Positions 56,725 through 64,000 of a stretch of DNA of 64,000 bases are shown here, in pieces. A model generated the notes under the pieces. It worked only from the letters and a program-made list of their open reading frames with translations, searched no databases and was not told where the DNA came from. How positions within the stretch are numbered: position 1 is the stretch's first letter; every line of letters begins with the position of its first letter. The position numbers were made by a program, and so were the translations under genes. Source of the DNA: Gammaproteobacteria bacterium (GTDB lineage Bacteria > Pseudomonadota > Gammaproteobacteria > Pseudomonadales > Cellvibrionaceae); assembly GCA_025362015.1 (NCBI GenBank), contig JANYIO010000033.1, forward strand, positions 3,586 through 67,585, written 5' to 3'.

Positions 56725-58818
56725 TTAATTTCCATTACTATTGTTTCCATTTAACGATGCAAACGCATTCTTCAGAAAAGTTCCAGTAGACTTTAAGCCG
56801 CGCACAATCGTTTCCATAGCACTAAATTGTGCTTGTAAACGCGCACGATAAGCTTCACTGCGGCGATCCAGCGTTTTCTGATCTGTTTTTACTTTATCGA
56901 CTTCTTTCGTAATATTGGTTTCACGGTTTTTTATCATGCCGTTGGTTTTTAAAAAATCATCAATTAAACGCGTAAAAGTACTGGCAAAACCCCGTGCAAA
57001 AGTAATAGTTCCTGTCGTAGCTCCCGGCTCAATACGCATAGTGAGCCCTTCAGCTTTACTACCAAGTGCTGGCAACAAAACATCGCCAAGACCAAATGCC
57101 GTAACACCACCTACAGTACCAGCAACGTCTGAACCCGCTGTACCCGTGCTGTTACTAATACCCATATCTGCCATATCAGCACTTGTAGCGCTGAACGCAA
57201 CATTACTACTACCACCATAAGCACCAGACGTAAATTCAAGCTTATTGGTGCCACTGTTGTAGACAACACTCAAACTCAATTTAGCCGTAACCAGATTTGC
57301 ATCGGAATTAATGCGCGTTTGTAAATCGGCAGCGAGCGCGTTACCCGTTAAATAGTTAGTGACGGGAAGTGTGATCGCAGAAGTACTAATACCATCGACA
57401 GCCGCAGTAAAAGTATAGGTTTTACCCGTGGTATCTAATGGAAAAGTTGAAACCATTGCACCGGCAATTAATTTGCCTTTAGCAGGTTGCTGCGTAATGA
57501 CTACATCGTAGCTACCAGCAACACTATTAGCACTGTTTTTAGTCACGACAATTTGCGCATTGTTAGATGAGGTTTTCGGGATAAAAAGATCACGAACTGC
57601 AGAAAAATTGTTATCAATCGCTGAACGAAAACTCGTTGGTGCAGTAGAGTTATCAATTTTTAAAGTGCCGTCTAACTCAGTGCGAATACCCAGATTAGAT
57701 AATGAAGTAAAAATACTACTCACACCCGTCACTGTTGCACCGAGCTGATTACGCACTTGCTGTAATAAATTTTTTGCCAAAGGGTCTTGATGCAAACTAC
57801 CAAAAGCATTTTTGTCTGAGTCAAAACCCACTAATTTTCCACTTTCAGAGAGGAAGGTATTGTAAGCAGCAACAAAATCACGAATGGATTTTTCAGGTAC
57901 TGTCTTATCTTCTGAAATACCAACATTAACTAATTCAGAGGCTGAACTATTAAACAAATCAAACTCCAAACCATCGACAACATCGGTTAAATGATTTGAT
58001 GAACGGGTTACCTGCATACCGTTTACGTGTATAACGGAATTCTTACCCTCTTGCACCTGAGTAAGATTTTTGGTGGTGTTATTTGCATTAAAGCTTGCCA
58101 AACCCGGAGCACCTGACTCAGTGGCTGTTATTTCAACTTCGTTTGATGCGCCCGAAGGCCCGGTAACAACGAGATTAAAAACACCTGCATTACTGACAAT
58201 ACTGGCTTTAAGTCCCAAGCCAGACTTATTGATTGCATCGCGTAAGCCGGTTAATGAATTATTGCTATTGTCTATGGTGATGGTGCCGCCGGTTTTGGTA
58301 GCATCGACAGTGAATGTATCCAACGCAAGCGAGCCTGGAGGGGCAACCTGATTACTCCAGCTGCCAAAACGTATGGCCAAAGTACCTTTGCCAATGGGCG
58401 CAGTTTGCGAGAGAAAGTTGCCTGAACTCAGTGATTGTGCTTGCGCAATTGCATCCACTTTAATGCTGTAATCACCTGCAACTGCCTGGGCATTTAATTT
58501 GGTAATACCCAACAAAGTCGTGGTGGGCACGGATACTGACTTCGCATTAAAAGTATCCGAGCTACCCAATAAAGAAGCGGCAGTTTCCAATTTGGAAAAA
58601 GAACTGCTAAGTAGACCATAATCAGAAATTTGTGTTTGTAAGAGTGTTTGCTGTGTTGTCAAACGATTAGTGTCAGCTAACTTACTAACATTCACCAGGC
58701 TATCAACTAATGCTGTTGTATTAATGCCCGACCCCGACCCTAATGCCGAAATAATACTGCTACCCGTACCCGCGGTGGTTGGTGCCGGTGAATTAGTAGC
58801 GCTAGTAGTTGTAGTCAC
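56725..58818 (-). CDS. fliD: Flagellar filament cap protein (long form)
   Basis: LGSGSGINT..LV, AQAQSL.S, G.NS.I.VNG..V.RSSN...V.DG, LSNLGIRTELDGTL and QFSAME. GTG start at 58818 with GGAGGT RBS. Confidence 0.93.
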   Translation of the reverse strand: MTTTTSATNSPAPTTAGTGSSIISALGSGSGINTTALVDSLVNVSKLADTNRLTTQQTLLQTQISDYGLLSSSFSKLETAASLLGSSDTFNAKSVSVPTTTLLGITKLNAQAVAGDYSIKVDAIAQAQSLSSGNFLSQTAPIGKGTLAIRFGSWSNQVAPPGSLALDTFTVDATKTGGTITIDNSNNSLTGLRDAINKSGLGLKASIVSNAGVFNLVVTGPSGASNEVEITATESGAPGLASFNANNTTKNLTQVQEGKNSVIHVNGMQVTRSSNHLTDVVDGLEFDLFNSSASELVNVGISEDKTVPEKSIRDFVAAYNTFLSESGKLVGFDSDKNAFGSLHQDPLAKNLLQQVRNQLGATVTGVSSIFTSLSNLGIRTELDGTLKIDNSTAPTSFRSAIDNNFSAVRDLFIPKTSSNNAQIVVTKNSANSVAGSYDVVITQQPAKGKLIAGAMVSTFPLDTTGKTYTFTAAVDGISTSAITLPVTNYLTGNALAADLQTRINSDANLVTAKLSLSVVYNSGTNKLEFTSGAYGGSSNVAFSATSADMADMGISNSTGTAGSDVAGTVGGVTAFGLGDVLLPALGSKAEGLTMRIEPGATTGTITFARGFASTFTRLIDDFLKTNGMIKNRETNITKEVDKVKTDQKTLDRRSEAYRARLQAQFSAMETIVRGLKSTGTFLKNAFASLNGNNSNGN

Positions 58819-58853
58819 GACAATACCTCCAAAAAAACAATCTCGCATTGAGT

Positions 58854-58880
58854 ATAGCGGCAATCATTGAATAAACTTTA
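58854..58880 (-). promoter_or_regulatory. Sigma-28 (FliA) promoter of fliD
   Basis: TAAAGTTT-N11-GCCGCTAT against the consensus TAAAGTTT-N11-GCCGATAA. Confidence 0.85.
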
Positions 58881-58971
58881 GCCTACTCTGATGCTTTTTC
58901 TCACTAAATTGCATTTCCAAAACGGCCGGCAAAAAACGGTTAACATCTGCCGCCTATACGGCAACGAATAC

Positions 58972-58986
58972 TACAATTACGTGCCA
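58972..58986 (-). promoter_or_regulatory. Possible sigma-54 promoter
   Basis: TGGCACGTAATTGTA; the -12 element reads TTGT rather than TTGC. Confidence 0.35.
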
Positions 58987-59187
58987 ATTCGCTGCTGATT
59001 TAGTCAATTTTTACCTGTTTAAGCCTTTAAAATACTTCAATAAAATAGTTGCACAGACCATACCAACGGAGATTTTGAAAATCTGAGAACTCTACACCGA
59101 ATCATTCATCTTTCCCGCTGGCGATAAATTGAAAGCCAGCAACTTAATGGTATTATGCCCCCCGTCTTTCGCCAACCAAGAATTAAC

Positions 59188-61746
59188 ATGCCAAATATCG
59201 ATACTCTAAAAAAACTAACACCGTTGATTAGTTTAGTGTTGTTCGTAGTTGCAGCAATTGCTGTAAATCATCAGATCGCTAATTACGGCTGGCAAAACGT
59301 TCTTATAGATTTATTCAACTGCCCCACTGAAACACTGGAGCAAATGTTGTTAATGAGTGTGTTTGGCTACGTAACCCTGAGCGGGTGTGAATGGATAGCC
59401 ATCCAATACACCGGCGAAAAACTCGACTACAAATATATTTTATTCGGTTCATTTTTAAGTAATGCCATTAGCCACAATGTGGGTTCATCGTTATTATCCG
59501 GCGGCAGTATTCGCTATCGTTTTTATCGTGGCTGGGGTTTAAGTAAAAGTGCAATAGCTAAAATAACAGCCTTCGGCACTATTAGTTATTTTTTAAGTGC
59601 TTTTACATTGTTGATAATCGCAGCTTTAACGGCGTCGCGTACCATGACCCTCAATGGCATGCTGGCAGACGGCCCACTAAAATTGATGTTGATAGTAGGT
59701 ACTTTTTTGGTGGCGGGCTGGTTAATACTAAGCGGATTTCATAAGCGTCACTTTCAATTGGGCAGCTTTAAAATATCACCACCCACTCCTGCCATTGCAC
59801 TACAACAAATCACTGTGGGTACACTTGATCTAGTGATAGCTGCAATTGTGTTGTACATTCCGTTACTTAATATCACCGACATCAGTTTTAGTGAATTTCT
59901 AATTTATTATATTGCCGCACAACTTATCGGCCTGGTGAGTCAAGTACCTGGTGGTATTGGTATTTTCGAAAGCAGTTTTATGCTACTTGCAGGCAATAGG
60001 TTTCCGCCGGAAAAACTATTAGCAGCGTTAATTATTTATCGCATTATTTACTACATAATACCCTTGATACTCTCTGGCTTATTAATAGTTATGTACGAAA
60101 CCAAAAGCCATCTATTTATCCAACGTTTAAAACTTCATTACGCTTATAAATTACTGCAACTGGCTACGCCTAAAATCTTTTCAGTGTTATTACTCATTGG
60201 TGGCGGAATTTTATTATTTTCTGGCGCTACACCAGGAGTACATGAACGCCTTGAATGGTTACAATTTTTTATCCCTTTACCCTTAATTGAATTTTCACAC
60301 TTAGTCAGCAGTCTTGTTGGTCTGGGTATGATTTTCCTTTCCCGTGCGGTAAGCGTTAAATTAGATTCTGCTTACTTTGCCACTATCCTATTGCTATCCG
60401 TTGGTATAGTAGCCTCACTAGCAAAAGGTTGGGATTTTGAAGAAGCCAGTATTCTCAGCTTAATGTTAATTACGTTTATTCCCACTAGAAAACATTTCTA
60501 CCGTAAATCAGCTCTGATTAAATTAGAAATTCCTCTGGAACAACTTATTATCGGCAGTGCAATTCTTGGTATATCCACCTGGCTTGGATTTTACTCCTAC
60601 AAGGATATCGCCTACTCCAACGAACTTTGGTGGCAAGTTAGTTTAGAGGGCAATGCACCAAGATTTTTACGCTCATTATTTGCCATTTCAGTGGTTGGTG
60701 GGGTATTTCTGATTCATCGTTTAATCAGCAAAACTTACTCAGATTTAACGCTTCCCACCAAAGAAGAATTGGATTTAGCCACCGAAATTGTTCACAACTC
60801 ATATGCAACTCACCACCATGTGGTACTCACTGGCGACAAATATATTTTGTGGAGTAAAACCAAAAAAAGTTTCTTAATGTATGGTGTTACTAACAAGTTC
60901 TGGATCGCCATGAGCGATCCTGTCGGCGATCAGACAGAGTTTGAAGCACTGGTCTGGGAGTTTCGTGAAGCAGCAGATAAGGTTGCTGCCCAAATCGCTT
61001 TTTATGAAATTGGCATAGAGCACATTCCACTCTATCTCGATCTGGGCTTAAGCCTTATTAAACTTGGCCAACAAGCATTAATACCACTTGAATCATTTGG
61101 AATTGAAGGAAAGAAACGGCAAAATCTTCGTAGCGCCATTAATAAATATCAACGCGAAGGCTTCGTTTTTGAAATCGTATACTCCGATAAAGTGCATGAA
61201 ATATTACCCAACCTAAAACAAATTTCAGATCAATGGCTAAAAGAAAAAAACTCCAAGGAAAAACGTTTTTCGCTTGGCTTCTTCAACGAAGAGTATTTAC
61301 GCCATTGCGATATCGCTGTTGTTAAAAAAGACGGAGAAATTTTTGCTTTTTGTAATATTTGGGCACTTAATAACAAACGTGAAATATCGATTGATTTGAT
61401 GCGCTATTTACCAAATGCACCCAATGGCATTATGGAATTTTTAAATATTAGCTTAATTCTTTGGGCGAAAGAACAAGGAATAATCTATTTTAGCTTGGGC
61501 ATGGCGCCACTTTCCGGCCTTGAACATCACGCACTTGCGCCACTATGGCATAAAATTGGTAACACTATTTTTCGTATTGGTGGTGATTTTTATAATTTTG
61601 CAGGCGTTTATTTTTATAAAGAAAAATTCAACCCGGAGTGGCAACCTATTTATTTAGCAGCACCCCCTGGCCTACAAACAGCATCAGCCCTACTTGCCGC
61701 AACTACTTTAATTTCTGGCGGGGTTAAAGGTATTTTCACAAAATAA
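59188..61746 (+). CDS. mprF: Bifunctional aminoacyl-phosphatidylglycerol flippase/synthase
   Basis: GGSIRYRFY, SQVPGGIGIFE, HFYRKS, AMSDPVG, EKRFSLG, SIDLMRY, FSLGMAPLSG and KEKFNPEWQPIY. Alternative start 59155. Confidence 0.95.
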   Translation: MPNIDTLKKLTPLISLVLFVVAAIAVNHQIANYGWQNVLIDLFNCPTETLEQMLLMSVFGYVTLSGCEWIAIQYTGEKLDYKYILFGSFLSNAISHNVGSSLLSGGSIRYRFYRGWGLSKSAIAKITAFGTISYFLSAFTLLIIAALTASRTMTLNGMLADGPLKLMLIVGTFLVAGWLILSGFHKRHFQLGSFKISPPTPAIALQQITVGTLDLVIAAIVLYIPLLNITDISFSEFLIYYIAAQLIGLVSQVPGGIGIFESSFMLLAGNRFPPEKLLAALIIYRIIYYIIPLILSGLLIVMYETKSHLFIQRLKLHYAYKLLQLATPKIFSVLLLIGGGILLFSGATPGVHERLEWLQFFIPLPLIEFSHLVSSLVGLGMIFLSRAVSVKLDSAYFATILLLSVGIVASLAKGWDFEEASILSLMLITFIPTRKHFYRKSALIKLEIPLEQLIIGSAILGISTWLGFYSYKDIAYSNELWWQVSLEGNAPRFLRSLFAISVVGGVFLIHRLISKTYSDLTLPTKEELDLATEIVHNSYATHHHVVLTGDKYILWSKTKKSFLMYGVTNKFWIAMSDPVGDQTEFEALVWEFREAADKVAAQIAFYEIGIEHIPLYLDLGLSLIKLGQQALIPLESFGIEGKKRQNLRSAINKYQREGFVFEIVYSDKVHEILPNLKQISDQWLKEKNSKEKRFSLGFFNEEYLRHCDIAVVKKDGEIFAFCNIWALNNKREISIDLMRYLPNAPNGIMEFLNISLILWAKEQGIIYFSLGMAPLSGLEHHALAPLWHKIGNTIFRIGGDFYNFAGVYFYKEKFNPEWQPIYLAAPPGLQTASALLAATTLISGGVKGIFTK

Positions 61747-61843
61747 TTTATACCTATTTCAACCAAATTAATTTAATCAGGCTATTTTAATCAAGCTATT
61801 TTTACCGATACAGTTTAACCAACTTAGGAATTGACTACTTAAC

Positions 61844-63280
61844 ATGCATTTACCGACCAAGAAAAAAATTATTTGGCTAATATTGATTAGTTTTATTATT
61901 GTAAGCTCACTTATTGCTGTTGCCATTAAGTGCATAAGCGACAGAAAAAATAAAAATGATCCAAACATTGTAACTGAAAAAATCGTTATGGATCACCGCT
62001 ACAATTTCAAGCTTGTTCATGCGAAAGAACCAGAAAAAGGCTTGCTTATTTATATAAGTGACGCAAACTCGCCCGCTGTAACTGCAGACTACTCCCAAAA
62101 ATTTGCCGAATTAAGTTACTACGTAGCAAACATTGACAGTCAAACATTATTAAATTCCCTTAAGAATACTGACAATCAATGTGTACATCTTGCAGAAGCA
62201 TTAAAAACTATAAGTAAACAATTACAAGATTCTTATAAAATAGATAGCGATGAACTGCCTGTTTTAGTAGGTGACAACGAAGGTGCAACATTAGTGTATG
62301 CAGCCTTAGTGCAAACCGATAAACATTATTTTCACGCCGGCGTGAGTATAAACTTTGCACCACACCTTGACAGCAAGGTACCGCTTTGTTCATTAAATAA
62401 TATTGATAACTCTCAGATAGCCATAAACACTATGTCCCCGGCAAAACATTTATCGACTAACTGGTATGTTTTCCAAAGCGCCTTAAACGCAAAAAATACT
62501 GACAGTAATAATTTTATTACACACATTGGCAATGCAAAATTGACGCTTGCTGAAAATAATGCTGCCCCTAATACTGCCAAGGGTGACCCGATTACTGAGG
62601 CCATACAAATATTACAATGGCTAGACCCCCGCCTGGACGATCAAATTACATCAGACAACAATGATAGTAATTTACCGCTCATTGAAGTTCCTGCTGAAAC
62701 AAATTCACAAAATATAATGGCGGTACTTGTCACCGGGGATGGTGGTTGGGCAGAAATTGATAAAAATGTAGCAGCCATTCTTGCTGAAAAAGGCATCCCT
62801 ACGGTTGCGTTAGATTCACTTAGTTACTTCTGGCGCGCACGAACGCAGGAAGAAACCGCCAGAGATATAGATGATGTTATTAGTCAGTATCGCGAAAAAT
62901 GGCAAAAGCAAAAAGTTATTTTAATTGGCTATTCATTCGGTGCAGATGCATTGCCATTCATTGCCAATAATCTTTCCGAAGAAAGCAAAACTGATCTTGC
63001 ACTTGTTGCTCTGTTAGGGATGGGCAAAACCGCCGCATTTGAATTTCATTTGTCCAGCTGGATGGATGCCGACACCAGCTCAAATCGTTTACCCACACTG
63101 CCAGAGTTGGATACTATGCGATGGGCCAATAGTATTTGCATTTACGGCGTAGATGATGAAGAAACGGCTTGTCCACAAACCGCAAATTTGGGCGTAAAAG
63201 TGATTAGCATGAACGGCGACCATCACTTTAATGAAGAATATAATGTGTTGGTACAGCATATTATTGAAAATATTAAATAA
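61844..63280 (+). CDS. AcvB/VirJ-family aminoacyl-PG hydrolase
   Basis: TGDGGWAEID, DSLSYFW, GYSFGAD, AAFEFH and GDHHF; follows mprF. Confidence 0.9.
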   Translation: MHLPTKKKIIWLILISFIIVSSLIAVAIKCISDRKNKNDPNIVTEKIVMDHRYNFKLVHAKEPEKGLLIYISDANSPAVTADYSQKFAELSYYVANIDSQTLLNSLKNTDNQCVHLAEALKTISKQLQDSYKIDSDELPVLVGDNEGATLVYAALVQTDKHYFHAGVSINFAPHLDSKVPLCSLNNIDNSQIAINTMSPAKHLSTNWYVFQSALNAKNTDSNNFITHIGNAKLTLAENNAAPNTAKGDPITEAIQILQWLDPRLDDQITSDNNDSNLPLIEVPAETNSQNIMAVLVTGDGGWAEIDKNVAAILAEKGIPTVALDSLSYFWRARTQEETARDIDDVISQYREKWQKQKVILIGYSFGADALPFIANNLSEESKTDLALVALLGMGKTAAFEFHLSSWMDADTSSNRLPTLPELDTMRWANSICIYGVDDEETACPQTANLGVKVISMNGDHHFNEEYNVLVQHIIENIK

Positions 63281-63323
63281 TATTATTTTTCAATTCGCTT
63301 GCTTACTACAATATATTCTTTAC

Positions 63324-63360
63324 ATAAAAAAACCGCTGATATTCTCAGCGGTTTTTTTAT
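63324..63360. terminator. Bidirectional terminator between the AcvB gene and flagellin
   Basis: ATAAAAAAACCGCTGA...TCAGCGGTTTTTTTAT. Confidence 0.85.
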
Positions 63361-63377
63361 GTCCATTCGCTTTTGAA

Positions 63378-63998
63378 TTATCTCAACAATGAAAGCACTT
63401 GCTGCGGTCTGGCATTTGCTTGCTGCAACATCGCTGTTGCTGCTTGTTGCAATACAGAGGCGCGACTTAACGCCGCTGTCTCTAGAGCAAAATCTGCGTC
63501 CATAATACGTGACCTAGCTTGTGATGTTTTTTCAGAAACATTCGACAAATTATTTACCGTAAACTCCAAACGATTATTGACAGCACCCAAATCTGCGCGA
63601 GTAGTACTTACTTGATCAATCGCTTTATCAAGAATCGCAATTGATTTTTGCGCGCCAGATGCAGTGGAAATATTAACACTGGAAACAGAACCACTTCCCT
63701 CAGAGGCATTGCGTTGTTGCAAACCAGTTTGCGTCGCTACAGTTGCAGCAGTCGCGCTAGCCCCGTATTTGACAGAAATTTCAGAACCGGATACCGAACG
63801 CAAACCCAGATTATCTGTACCAATACCGGCGAACGCCACTACGCCTGTCGCTTCAGATTGTTCGTTTAATTTTTTGATTATCTCGGCGAGATTAAGTGCA
63901 GCAGTTGCCCCTGGCAAGGTGATGGTATTGATTTCTACTCCATTAAGAATGAGGTCACCTTTATTTAAAGTGGTTACAGCAGCGCCAACTGTTGCACC
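63378..63998 (-). CDS. fliC: Flagellin, C-terminal part; 5' end lies outside the window
   Basis: RADLGAVNNRL, SRIMDADFA.ETA.L and QANARPQQVLSLLR; frame open to the window end. Confidence 0.95.
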   Translation of the reverse strand, partial: GATVGAAVTTLNKGDLILNGVEINTITLPGATAALNLAEIIKKLNEQSEATGVVAFAGIGTDNLGLRSVSGSEISVKYGASATAATVATQTGLQQRNASEGSGSVSSVNISTASGAQKSIAILDKAIDQVSTTRADLGAVNNRLEFTVNNLSNVSEKTSQARSRIMDADFALETAALSRASVLQQAATAMLQQANARPQQVLSLLR

Positions 63999-64000
63999 TT

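Noticed and set aside
58819-58863. ORF-track start of fliD at 58863
   Set aside because: It falls inside the sigma-28 promoter; GTG 58818 has a GGAGGT RBS.
158-63869. Remaining 60-150 aa ORFs nested in or antisense to the called genes (e.g. 5785-6204, 19310-19759, 22235-22606, 55932-56255)
   Set aside because: They overlap well-supported genes and show no motifs or RBS; treated as shadow ORFs.

Overview
A 64 kb AT-rich chromosomal segment from a gammaproteobacterium, most likely Cellvibrio or a relative. This is inferred from a CBM73-type GH19 chitinase, earP-efp, a Pseudomonas-like gene order and acnB; it was not searched. Core genes include prc (5'-truncated), xthA, ETF-QO, cmoM-like methyltransferase with a MazG-like gene, GIY-YIG, DTW, an M16 peptidase, uvrB, earP-efp, dinB (with LexA box), mdh, miaE, acnB, fliD and a flagellin (truncated by the window end). 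Accessory genes sit among them: a ThuA/sugar-dehydrogenase/PKD/cytochrome c lipoprotein, a beta-propeller+malectin protein, a PP2C plus kinase-PEGA-FGE pair, an HTTM gene pair, a LysR-azoR-phhB-pirin cluster, a collagen-like lipoprotein, a Tat-type class A beta-lactamase, an HD-GYP cluster and a GH19 chitinase. An mprF-acvB operon separates flagellin from fliD. A decayed patch at about 34.2-37.4 kb holds a frameshifted SnoaL gene, an orphan gene fragment, a GGA-rich hairpin element and an IS4-family remnant. No rRNA, tRNA or CRISPR array was seen. Short degenerate tandem duplications (12-24 bp) are strikingly common; the largest is a ~5.5-copy 20-bp array at 12568-12690. Product calls come from motif recognition only.
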